Below are positions 31,992 to 42,696 of a stretch of 64,000 bases of DNA, piece after piece. The position numbers and the translations under genes were made by a program. The stretch comes from Cyanidioschyzon merolae (lineage: Eukaryota), in assembly GCA_000091205.1 (NCBI GenBank), contig AP006493.2; one strand, written 5' to 3'. Every line of letters starts with the position of its first letter. Position 1 is the stretch's first letter. The notes below the pieces were generated by a model. That model was not told the origin of the DNA. It searched no databases and saw only the letters and a program-made list of their open reading frames with translations.

Positions 31992-33881
31992 ACAGACGAT
32001 TTGACCGATGGTATCGGTATGTACCTGCACGCTTGCGCGGGCTGAAGGCTTCACTTTGCGAGTACGAGTGCTCTGCAGCCTCCAGGTTATCGCACAGTCT
32101 CCAGCAGATGCGCTTGGCATATGCAGGAATCTGGACGATTCAGTTTCTGGATGATTTACAGAAAAGCGAGGCACATTGAATACCCTTGTCGGAATAAGAC
32201 GGTACTGGGGTGTCGGACACCGGCGAATAAGGTCAGTTTTTGGTCTCTTCCAATGATCAGAAGCATCAGCCTCTGCGGACTTTTTCTGGGAGTTCGTTCC
32301 TTGAACACTCGCTGCTCTCCGAATTGGAATGCACTGGCGTCTCCTGTCTCTCTCGCTTCGTTTTCAGCATTCGAAGGATATTGATGACAGCGTTCTAGTT
32401 CCGATTTCACAACCTTGAGCTGTCGTTGACGTATTTCCTGTACATACAAAACCTGCGATCCGCGGTTCGCCCGCCATTCTCATCTTGAGTGAACACCGGC
32501 TCGGTGCGCCCATTGCAGCGGTGACACTTGGACATGCTCAGGAACGAGTAAATGTCGATCGGGCCTGCTCGTGCTCCCCATCGAGGCTTCACCCAGTGGC
32601 GCTTGAAGACTTGCTTAATGGCTCGGTACATGTACTTAAACAGCGCAGATGGGTCAACTGGATGCCCTCTTCCGTTGCAGCGCCCATGCACGCTCTGCGG
32701 TCGCGGGCATCTACTGGGCGATCTCGTCGGTGCAGACGCTGTCTGCTGCACAAATACATGTACGCTGTTCGATTCGATAAAGAATTTGTGGCACGAGATG
32801 TTGCCCGTGATGAAATAAGTACCGGAAAAGCACCATCCCGGCTTGAGAACAAGTCGAGATGACTCGATTCCTCTATGTAGTCTTCGGGCAAATCGGTGAC
32901 CCACGCTCTACTCGACGCGATCACTTCGATGAATCAAGTCCGAGCCCACGACCCGTTTTTCACACAAGCGGAAGCCGTATGAGCCTCGGTATGCATAAGT
33001 TTTGTGGGATATGATGCTTCTGTTGGATTCCGTCTCGTCCATGGTGACAATCGTATGAGGATTTGTGGTTCGAACGGAGTCGCTTATTTGGTATGCCAAG
33101 TCCCGGTACGGTTCGGCATCAGCTTATGAACAATCATCATGCGACGACGTAGAGTACCTTTATCGTCATTCAACGGCGCCACTGGTGTTGCCCGCGATTT
33201 GCCTTCAAACAGAAAGACAGATAAAAGAGAATGAGTGAAGTGAGTGTGTTACATGAAAGGAACTAACAAAACCGGAGAAATGTACATATGATTTGGATAG
33301 TCGCATAGTTTATTTTACAAAGCCTCTCTTCAGGGACGTCACGAATCCTCTTGATTCCGGTGACGAGAAGAGTTTCGAGCAGCAATGCGTTGAAGGTGCC
33401 ACCCGAAAAAGCGACCTTGAATCATAGAACGACACATACATCCGTTATGCCTTTTTGCTGTAACTAGAATGTAAAGGATCCACATCTTAAGAGACGGTCG
33501 ACGAAAACTCGAGAGGCTGGAACAGAGTGCGCACTTATGGATTCCGTTTCAATCTGAAGCGGGTGCAGAGGCTCCGACAGGTACGCACTGGTTGCAGTGG
33601 GCGCTGACATGCTCGTCGGCCAGGCGCAAGCGTACCTAAGTGTACGCCATTCCTCTTCCATGCGAGGCGAAGTCGTCATCGGAAGATCCTGGTCACGATC
33701 GTTGACATCTGTGGGACGCGTCGCCGCACGGTGTTCTCTACCACGACTGGCTGCCGGCATATCGATGCAAGAACAGAAGCGATAGCCAAGGAGCATCATC
33801 TCGTACTTCATTTTTAGCGGTGGCGTCTTCGTAACGACCCGAAGCTGTGCAAAACGCTGCTGGGCAAAGGCGTCTGCCTAC

Positions 33882-35549
33882 TCAGAGACCAAGCGCCTGA
33901 TTCTGTGCTTTGCTGCAGCCGACAATGTAAAACAGAAGAATCGACCCAAAGACAACACAAAGAATGAAACCAATAAAAGCCAACAGGGCCGCTTGAATTC
34001 CGCTGTTACACTGCTCCTGCAGCGCATCCGCTAAAATGTTCAGGACGGGTCCACAGGCTCGCCACTGCTCCAGAATTTGCGTTCCGTTGCTCAACATGTC
34101 AAGAATGTGTTCGCCCTCAGTCAGAACGCCGTGGAGGAGCGTCGCGCGGAACCCTCCGGTGGATTCAAAGTCCTGAATAACTTGTTTGTAATTCTGCAGT
34201 GTGATGTTGTGATGCAGCAGCGGCTCCAGCGCAGTTGAGACTTTGTCCAGATCTCTCTGTTGTTCATCCAAGACATGCGTGAGGCTGGTTACAGCAGGAC
34301 AGTAGATCAAATGGTCTAGCGAGTGAGACGATATGTGATCGGGACCACCAGTTTCCCCATGAATGTTCTCACCGCGAAGCAACTGTACCTGGCGTGCACT
34401 CGCGGCCGAGCAGAGGTCCCCATTGAGCACACCGTAGACAACAGAGGCGCCCAGACCTACCCAAGAAAGCGCTGCAAACAAGACTGGAGCCAGGAGCGTG
34501 ATTCGCAGGAACCATTTCGTCCACCGAGACCTTCTCTGATTCAGTGTAACCGGGTCATCCGAATGGACTCGTGCGGTTTCCACGGAAGCGCTCCGGATCG
34601 CAAAACGGTTTGACAAGTAGAATGCCGCAGCAGTCAAGAAAGCCAACACCAAAAGCACAATCGCACAGGCCAACATCAAACCGAAGTGGATCGATTCTGC
34701 GAGATTCACCGATCCCAAGCCACTGTCGAGACTGTTCAGAACGTTCGCCACGTCGCGGTAGATGCTCCTCGCCTGAGCTGGTATATCGCTAAAGTTCAGC
34801 CCCGAAAGCGAACTCGAGCTCACCACCGACTCCAAACTCGTCACCAGGCTCTGAAGCTCCCCCGAAGCGTTCGTGTAGAGGGAGACAACGGCACGGCCCT
34901 CGAGGCGTACCGCGTGGGATCCCCCGCGCACCACACCGAGCGTATCGTCCAGGGTCTGGTGAGAGACGATCACACCTGCAAGAGCAACGGCAGCTGCACC
35001 TGCCATGAGCACGAGTCCGATCGTTGCGCTCACCGGGTACACGGCGCACAGCGGCGGAGGGAGAAACCGACAACCGTTAGAAGCTGGAGGAGCTGTCTCC
35101 GCTGCCACCGTTGATATTTCCTCGTCTAGTACAGGTGCTGATGGTTCTGTACTCGTGTCTTCCTCAGAAAAAAGATCGGGACTTTTCTCATCGGACGCTA
35201 CCTTTTTCGCGTAGAAGAAGGTTGCGGGCTCGGGAGCGGAGACCAGCGGACGAGGCCGTCGTCGAGGTAAGCAGAGCAACACACGCCAAGGGACACAAAC
35301 GAAGACTACACCAACAATAAGGAAAAATAGCGCAACAGCCAAATAAGGTATCGCAGTATACCCAATCCCAGCAAAGTATCCTACGGTTACCTGAAAGTCG
35401 TTACTCGCACCGATGATGCGTGGGTACTCGTGAAAAAAGGACACCAGACTTGCGTCCGTCGGTGTTGCGTTACCAGGTGTCGATGCACGTATGACACTAT
35501 CCATGAAGCTCACCAACGCAAAACAAAAACAATAGAGTTGTCGACTCAC
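33882..35549 (-). CDS. Hypothetical polytopic membrane glycoprotein (555 aa, signal peptide + about 5 TM helices); family not recognised
   Basis: N-terminal signal 'LYCFCFALVSFMDSVIRAS'. TM segments 'IPYLAVALFFLIVGVVFVCVPWRVLL', 'IGLVLMAGAAAVALAGVIVS', 'FGLMLACAIVLLVLAFLTAAAFYL', 'ITLLAPVLFAALSWVGLGASVVYGVL', 'LLAFIGFILCVVFGSILLFYIVG'. Several N-x-S/T sites lie in the loops. Confidence 0.5.
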   Translation of the reverse strand: MSRQLYCFCFALVSFMDSVIRASTPGNATPTDASLVSFFHEYPRIIGASNDFQVTVGYFAGIGYTAIPYLAVALFFLIVGVVFVCVPWRVLLCLPRRRPRPLVSAPEPATFFYAKKVASDEKSPDLFSEEDTSTEPSAPVLDEEISTVAAETAPPASNGCRFLPPPLCAVYPVSATIGLVLMAGAAAVALAGVIVSHQTLDDTLGVVRGGSHAVRLEGRAVVSLYTNASGELQSLVTSLESVVSSSSLSGLNFSDIPAQARSIYRDVANVLNSLDSGLGSVNLAESIHFGLMLACAIVLLVLAFLTAAAFYLSNRFAIRSASVETARVHSDDPVTLNQRRSRWTKWFLRITLLAPVLFAALSWVGLGASVVYGVLNGDLCSAASARQVQLLRGENIHGETGGPDHISSHSLDHLIYCPAVTSLTHVLDEQQRDLDKVSTALEPLLHHNITLQNYKQVIQDFESTGGFRATLLHGVLTEGEHILDMLSNGTQILEQWRACGPVLNILADALQEQCNSGIQAALLAFIGFILCVVFGSILLFYIVGCSKAQNQALGL

Positions 35550-38474
35550 CCAGGCGCTGGCCTTATCTCCCCAGAATCAAACACGACTCGGGACAGCAAA
35601 CAAGATCTCGTGTCGCGGGAGAAATGCCGGCGGCACAGCGCCCGATTCGGCAGCTGCAGCGGCGGCCGCCTGTGACGTGTCGGCCGGCACGCCCCCCGCA
35701 CGGATGCTGCTCGGGGCGTTGCACACAGGCCACGCTCGGATACACGTGCGTGGCTTGGTATCGGGGAAGGGGTGCTCGTTCCTCGACAGGTATGTCTGTG
35801 TCGTGATTCATCCAGAGCAAAGTTGTCCTCGGGAACGGAGGTTATGAAAAGCAGCGAACAGTCGGCTGCCCGCTATCCGTAGATCGCTGCAGTGTGAAGC
35901 GCCTCGTCTCCCTGATGGTACAGCGTGCGTGGGTACCGAGCCTTCTGTGCAGAATGAGCAATTCAGCTTGACTCGTGGTGGAGTCACGTTGCATCTGCGG
36001 AATGGTACTTTATGGTCGAGAATCGCTCGATCCGAGCGCATATCGTACCCGCATGATTTCGTGAACGCTGCCAGATGACTGCAATGGTGCGGTGTCGGTG
36101 TCGGTGCGGCACCTGCTGCTGGCGACCGCTTCCAAATGTACGCTGTGCGCGGGATTTTTTTAACGTATGTGCTTCGTATACCAGTCGATGATGGCGGTGC
36201 TTTGGCTTTGAATTGGACAGCCATTGCTGGTATATTTCTGTCGGAATCGTGGACACAGACTGGCCATCCGTCGATTCCAGCGGGGGTTTCCGTGGCGCGC
36301 CCGCTAGACCCGTGTCAGATGCATACGGAACCCTGAACTGCTTGTGCGGTTCTGGGCTTTCAATTTGGTTCCGAATTTTTGATGGACGTACGGCGTCGGC
36401 ATTCCAAGTGCAGTGAGAAGCGCATACGGATGCATGTGAGGTTTTAGGGTCGGCGCTCGTGTTTCCGGGGTGTCTGGTTCGACGCTCCGCCGCTGGAGTT
36501 CATCACGCTAATGGAATCACGATGATTCACAAGGTCATCGAACAGGAGTTTGTAACATTACCGGTACCGCGATCCCATTCATAGGTAAAAGCTTCTACTT
36601 GTCACTGTTCTTTACGAGCAGCATGCTCAAAGAATACATTTTTCCAGTTTTCCAATTTTCCGGTGCATGGCAGCTCGTGGGCGCGGCAATCGGCGTCGCT
36701 GGATCGTCCAGGGACAAGAGCTCTCTGTCGTATCATAAGAACATTTTCATATGCACATGCAGCACGGTTATTGAGCTTGTCACGTCAAATGCTCGATGCC
36801 GCTCAAGAGACGAACCTGCATGCTTTTCTCGGCCATCGACGACAGAGCATTCCACAGTATCATTACATCTCTGGCGGCGTACGCTCCGAGAGCCTCCCGC
36901 TTCTTCTTTTCGCATGGCAAAGTGCCTTGGACCTGCTCTTGGGTCATCGCAGCGATCGCTGGCAGCGGAGCGTACGTTAACGCCTCGCACGAAGCAACTG
37001 TAAACGGTTCGAAGTTTCCAGACTTGATGGCCGACCTGGGTTTTCCTCTCGGTACTTGTTTCATCACCGACAACACAGCGTTCCACAAATATTCTATCGA
37101 ACCGAGCAGCGTGCGCTTGCGCGTGGAGCGGACAGCGTACTCGCGGAGCGGCGTGCCACAAGAAGCCCGTGATCGGAGGACACGGCACCGGGCGCCGTAA
37201 AGGAAGCGGTTATCGAGGCGAGCCTTCGGTATCCGTTCATGGCATGAAGCGAGCGACCCTGCAAGCGTTCACGCGCCCTAGAACGGTTCTCGGAACAGGA
37301 GCAGGAGCAGGCGAGTTCGACCGACGGGTACGCCCAACGACAGGCACGTGTTACCATTGCGACCGGCGCACCGAGGCTACATACGAGCAACATGAAAATA
37401 GCAAGCGAGCTGTACATCGCTACGCGCACCTGTACATGAACTGCGTCGTGAACAGCTGGTCGCAGCTGTCTGGAATTGAACGCTGCCATCAACATCCATT
37501 GACTGCTAACAATAGAGCTCGAGCGAAAGGAGAGCCAGGTGTGTGTCAAGCTGGAGATAAGAGGGAAGCGGCGGAAGCAGTCCCAGAAAAAGTCCGCAAA
37601 GGCTGGTTTTCGTTGTTCTGGGAAGAATTTGCGATGCTCGAGCGCGTACGCCCGAGCAAGACACCTCGACCCATCCATGGTGTTCTGAAACGGTCAGTGC
37701 TAATAGCTGGTGCGCTTTGCAATCTTTGATTGCTGCGTATGCAAACCATACATTTAGTGACGCACACTCACATGTCAGGAAATGCCATGCGCCCATCGCA
37801 CTCACAGCACCAGAGAAGTTGTGTGCGCTGAGACTCGCAAAGTCGCCCAGCATGATGGCATCCATCTCTATCTGTGTATCCATCCTTGTCTAGCTGAGCT
37901 GCACTCCAGAGCGTCCAGAATACATCAACTTCCTGGTGTTTTTCCGGACTTGTGTAACCTGAAAGGAATGCTCCAGCTGTTCATATAGACACGATTTCGC
38001 CGGAAAACGCCTCCAGGGAACACGCCGTAGAAAACAGCGCGGCGTTCGCTCAACTGCGAATAGCCCGCTCGCTGGCAAAGCACAGCACTGGCAATGACTA
38101 GTTGCAATCGCTGGCGTTGTCGCGCTCGAGCGATTTCCTCGTGACCCGAAGAACCCAAGTTTACTCGACAGGGGACTTGAACCGAGCCATAAGGCAATCG
38201 CTCTCTTGGGGTCCTGCAACCACCGGTTGCGGGAGAGTCTTCAACGTTTGTCTGGGCCTGTTTTCCTCGAGTAGAAGATTATTTCCCGCAAGCAGTGCAG
38301 TATACGGAAATCGTCGACCAACCGCCTCTAGCAAGCCCGACCACTGTTCCAAAGACGAGGTCAGCGCAAACACCGGCTGCGATGACCCACGGGTTTTGCG
38401 CTGAACCTGGCTGCTGCACTCCGTCGTGAGACGATCGCGTTGTAAACACCCGAGTTGAACCAGGTCATGAGCGC

Positions 38475-40052
38475 TCATTCGTTGAGCAAGTACCGTAACT
38501 GGTCGTCAAGCAACTCGCTACGGGATGTATGAGAACCAATGGGCAACTTTTCCGAGACTTGGACGTTGGGTCGCAGGGTCACCGGTGTTATGAGTGCGTC
38601 GTAGTACGCTGGCGAGGTCGCTGTCGTGTCACCGGGCTGGCTTTCGGTGTTGGCGCTCTCCGCTTTCGTGAGCAGTAGACTCGGAGCTCGTGAAGAACCT
38701 ACTTCGCGGACAGCGTCCCGCGAGGTACCCGTCTGCTGCTCGGCAAATTTCAGGTTTGCATACTTATCGAGAAGAGAGCACTCCTCCTCGCTAAGCACAT
38801 TGCGCAATGCGTCAAACCTGGCTGGAGATGCCGTCTGCTCTGGAAAGAGCACCGATTTGATATCGCTCAGGACTGGAGATGTGAGCTCGGCACCGATCGC
38901 ATTTTCATGCGACAAAAACGAGTCAGGTGAGGATCGTAGAAAGGCCACCTCAATACGGTGTTCAATATCGGTTTCATAGGGCGGCAATTCGACGTCTTGA
39001 TGGAGTCGAGCTGTCGTCTCAGCACCGGATGCAAGCAGCGGCTGCGCGAGCGCCTCTGATCCCAGCGCACTAAACGATGTGCTCGTGGAGGAGCGCTCAC
39101 CGCTTCGTCTGCGCTTGAGTTCTGGCCTGGAACAGGTCGTTCGAACATCATGGATGTGCAAATTTCCCGAAAACGACCGCGGTAAGGATTCGATCCCGCG
39201 GGGTGAGGTCACTGCGGCTGCGTCCTCATCGGGTACCGGAATCGCCAAAGCGGCAGGGCGTACGTCTGGGAGCTTTTCTCGTCGTTTCGACGGATTTTGC
39301 TTACTGATTTCCTCAGTGATACGCGCGCGTTCTTGCCGAAGTCGTTCTTTCTTCAGGGCTTCTGTTTGCTGGCGCTTTTGGTACTCCAGCCTCCTCAGGT
39401 AACTATTGAACCTATTTTTGACAGCATTATCTGTTCGACCGGGAAACTCTTTCGCAATGACCGACCAGCGGTTTCCATAGATCGCTTGTAATTGCACGAG
39501 ACGCATTTCCTCGTTGCGCGTCCACTCGGTTTTGACGATTCCCGGAGCCAAGTTGTTGATATACCGTTCGCGACATTGTTTCCCGGAGCGATTGACCATG
39601 TACTGCGCAATTCGTGGCCAAGCACCGACGCCAAGCATATTCACCAGGGCCTTGAGCCTCTCATCTTCACATGGTTGCCACGGTCCGCGTCCATTCACAC
39701 TGGGTGGTATTTGCGGTAGTTTGGACTCGTCCACGTAGTCCAGTTGTGTTGACGCCGTAGGTCGCGTCGCCCGACGACAGCTCGTCTGTCCGTATTGACC
39801 GGTGTCGAGCGCGGCACTCGTTACCGTCGGTGAGCGGTTCGCCGACTTGCTCGGACGTTCCGAGTCAGCGTTGAACACGCTGCCTGCTTGCCTGCTGGAC
39901 GCTGCACGCATCGCTGAAGAGGTAGGCGTTGCGGAGTCGACGGTCGGCGGGCCGCCGAGCACGCGGTCGTCCGAAGGTAGACAGGTCCGCTGTTCAGAAG
40001 AGAACTCGCTTTGTGCCTGGTTCCTCGTCCGAGCCATACCCAGCTTCTCCAC
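38475..40052 (-). CDS. R2R3-type MYB DNA-binding transcription factor
   Basis: 525-aa ORF with two adjacent Myb/SANT repeats. The R2-like repeat is 'GPWQPCEDERLKALVNMLGVGAWPRIAQYMVNRSGKQCRERYINNLAP'. The R3-like repeat is 'KTEWTRNEEMRLVQLQAIYGNRWSVIAKEFPGRTDNAVKNRFNSYLRR', matching c-Myb R3 ('W..EED....A....GNRWA.IAK.LPGRTDNA.KN.WNS..RR'). Confidence 0.8.
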   Translation of the reverse strand: MEKLGMARTRNQAQSEFSSEQRTCLPSDDRVLGGPPTVDSATPTSSAMRAASSRQAGSVFNADSERPSKSANRSPTVTSAALDTGQYGQTSCRRATRPTASTQLDYVDESKLPQIPPSVNGRGPWQPCEDERLKALVNMLGVGAWPRIAQYMVNRSGKQCRERYINNLAPGIVKTEWTRNEEMRLVQLQAIYGNRWSVIAKEFPGRTDNAVKNRFNSYLRRLEYQKRQQTEALKKERLRQERARITEEISKQNPSKRREKLPDVRPAALAIPVPDEDAAAVTSPRGIESLPRSFSGNLHIHDVRTTCSRPELKRRRSGERSSTSTSFSALGSEALAQPLLASGAETTARLHQDVELPPYETDIEHRIEVAFLRSSPDSFLSHENAIGAELTSPVLSDIKSVLFPEQTASPARFDALRNVLSEEECSLLDKYANLKFAEQQTGTSRDAVREVGSSRAPSLLLTKAESANTESQPGDTTATSPAYYDALITPVTLRPNVQVSEKLPIGSHTSRSELLDDQLRYLLNE

Positions 40053-40992
40053 TCAAGGACAGCGAATCGCTTTGCACGAGTCACTTGAGGCGAGCACTCG
40101 CCGAGCACAGCGCTGCGCCTCATGACCCAGACAGCTGAACGAATTTCTCCTTGAAATTTGAAAATGAATCAGACTCGATCCCTGTCCGATATGTCCCGTT
40201 TCTAAAAGTAACGCATTGGTGCGCTGCAGCGCGCGATCAGGCTCTTCGCCGGTGCACTCGGGGCGGATGGGTGTACAGCCTTTCGCCGTATACGGCCTTG
40301 CTGCGCTTACTTTATGCCCAATGAGGCGAGCCCGCTCATAGGACTCAAAGACCACGCTCAAGGGTGTTTGTGTGCTGCTTCTGTAGTGTCCTGCGCGATG
40401 GCGAGCTTCCTCGGGTTGGCTTTCGCAGATCAAACTTTAGAAAGCAATGCGCGGTTTCACCTAGTGCCTTACGGGAAGCGTGTACGTGCGTGCGCGGTAC
40501 ATCGATAGAGCAAGCGTCCGCAGAACATATGCGTAGGTGCGTGCCCTTGGGCGAATGCCGCCGCAAAAGCGCCAAAACCGGCCGTGCAGCCTGGCTGCGT
40601 TGCGTTTTTTGTGCAGTGCGAAAGGAGCTGCTCCCCAAGTGCGACTGAGTCGCCCTTCTAGCGTGAAACCGCATCTGCGGTGTTACAGCGTCGTTGGTAG
40701 CTCGGCGTTGACGGCGGTAGTGGTAAACTGCCCGTATGGCGCGTCGATTACATTCGTCGCAGGCGAGGCAGAGCGCCACGAGGCGAACAAAAACCGATTG
40801 CCCTTTCGGCTAATGGAACTGGGATCGGGGTTCAGAGCTATCTGCAGTCGTGTGCTTTCGCCAAAAATCAATAACGGGCACGAGTTCAGCACCAGACACT
40901 GGATGGCTGCATCGGCGCCTTTGCAGCAGCCCGTGCGCCCAGCGCTGTGGCTGAGGCCCAGTCTGGAAAGCCTCTCTACGAATCCCGACGGA

Positions 40993-41036
40993 GATGACGA
41001 CGACGACGACGACGATGATGATGATGATAATGATAA
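40993..41036. repeat. (GAC)7(GAT)5-type trinucleotide microsatellite in the MYB/primase divergent intergenic region
   Basis: 'gatgacgacgacgacgacgacgatgatgatgatgataatgataa'. Confidence 0.9.
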
Positions 41037-41667
41037 ACGACGTGTCACGTGCTGCACAAGCAACGTCGTTGCTTACAAATCCGGGGGCGGCATTCGGTCT
41101 GAGGTTCTCCCCAGGATTCCCATTGTCCCGGGGTGTCTGCATCGGTACCTTTCGACGGATACCATTGTCGCCATAAACCACGTACCTCTATTTCGTGGGT
41201 TTGCAGGCGCGGACGCTACTGCGCTGAGTAGCTCCCGTAGCATGAGACGTAACCAAGCAAGCCGTTACCTGTGCACCATTCTGCCAGCATCTGCCAGTGG
41301 AGCGTGGTCGACGTAAGCGCAAACGCAACCCGCCCTGCAACAAGACAAAGCTCGGGCGCACACTATCCGCAACGCACTCCCATTCACGATGCAATCGAGA
41401 TCCAGGGCGATCGCGAGGCATATTCGAGGTGACCAGTCATTAGCAGGGTCCTCGAGCTGAAGATGCCCGGCAGCACTGATTTGACGCACGGTTCCGGGTG
41501 AATACACTGGGTCGATTTCGCGTTAGTGAAGCGAAACCTCAGTTCCGCCGCCAGCTGGTCCGGTCGACTGCGGTACGTGCCTCAGCACGTCATGATGGAT
41601 GATAGCTGTTGTTGGTCGAATGATGGACTGCCACGCGAACGCGTCGTACGATATGGATGGCGTTGTA

Positions 41668-41697
41668 TCGATCGATCGATCGATTGATCGATCGACA
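41668..41697. repeat. (GATC)n tetranucleotide, self-complementary microsatellite
   Basis: 'atcgatcgatcgatcgattgatcgatcgac'. Confidence 0.9.
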
Positions 41698-42696
41698 TAC
41701 AGCATCGCCTGATGGCGCGCGTCCAGCCAGCGACCCGAAGCATACCGCCGTGCTTTGAGGTGCGTCTTCACGTTTCCGTTAGCCCGAGTCACGATTCCTC
41801 CTTGTGAACTGAATTTTGGTCGTTCCGTTGACGCACTGGAAGAGACATGGAAACCGGATAGCTTTGTGAAACACTCATAGGCGTTGCGTGGAGGCATGGC
41901 TGACCTGGCGCGAGGCTGGGTCTCTCTCGGTCGCAGCTCCGCTGAGCAATAAATCGGCAAAGCCGTTGGCCACTGCGTGCAACGACACGGTGTTGGAACG
42001 CTGCAACTGAGGCAAATTTCGGGTATTGGGCGCCTCTCTGTCTTGTCCTGCTTTTCCTCAGCCAACAAGAACTGCGTTGCGGTGAAGTCGCGCGAGTCGC
42101 ACTGCAGCGCTTGCCACGACGCAGCGCACATAGCCCCAGTGCAGCAGTCGATTCCTTCGCGCCCTCGGAGTTTGCACCACAAACGTTCCCCCGTTTCCAG
42201 TCTTGTGATACGCAGGCACCACCAGGGGAGCGATCCCTACCACCCCTCGTCCATGGTGTACGTGTCCGCCGGCTAGTAGCGAGCCCCCGCGACACCCCGC
42301 AGCGCAAACGCGCGTGAATACGGCAGAACACACGAAATGACCATTTCGTCTGAGATCGATCATGGAGCAATGGACGCGTTCCCCGACTGCCTGCGTATCC
42401 AGGATGCAATCGAATTCGCGTGTGGTGCGCGCACCCGTCGATCGATACAACCCAGAGAGCGTCGATTTGGCGCGAAACACACCAGATGGCGCGATGCTGG
42501 CTGCACAGCTGGCGCCATCGGCGATCGGGCGATCCAGCGCGGCCTCCTGGGTTCCTGTCTCTCTCGGGCACAGCCACCTAGATACATACACAGAAACGGG
42601 GACAGGGTGCTCGCAGCGGCTCTTCCAGACTTGATTGACCAAAGACAAGTTTAATCTTAGCGTCGATCCGCAAGCCTGGGGGTTCCTGTAATAGGC

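Noticed and set aside
40537-41316. 259-aa ORF in the MYB/primase intergenic spacer containing a poly-Asp run
   Set aside because: The poly-D run is simply the translation of the (GAC)n microsatellite. No other protein-like features are present. It lies in a divergent promoter region.
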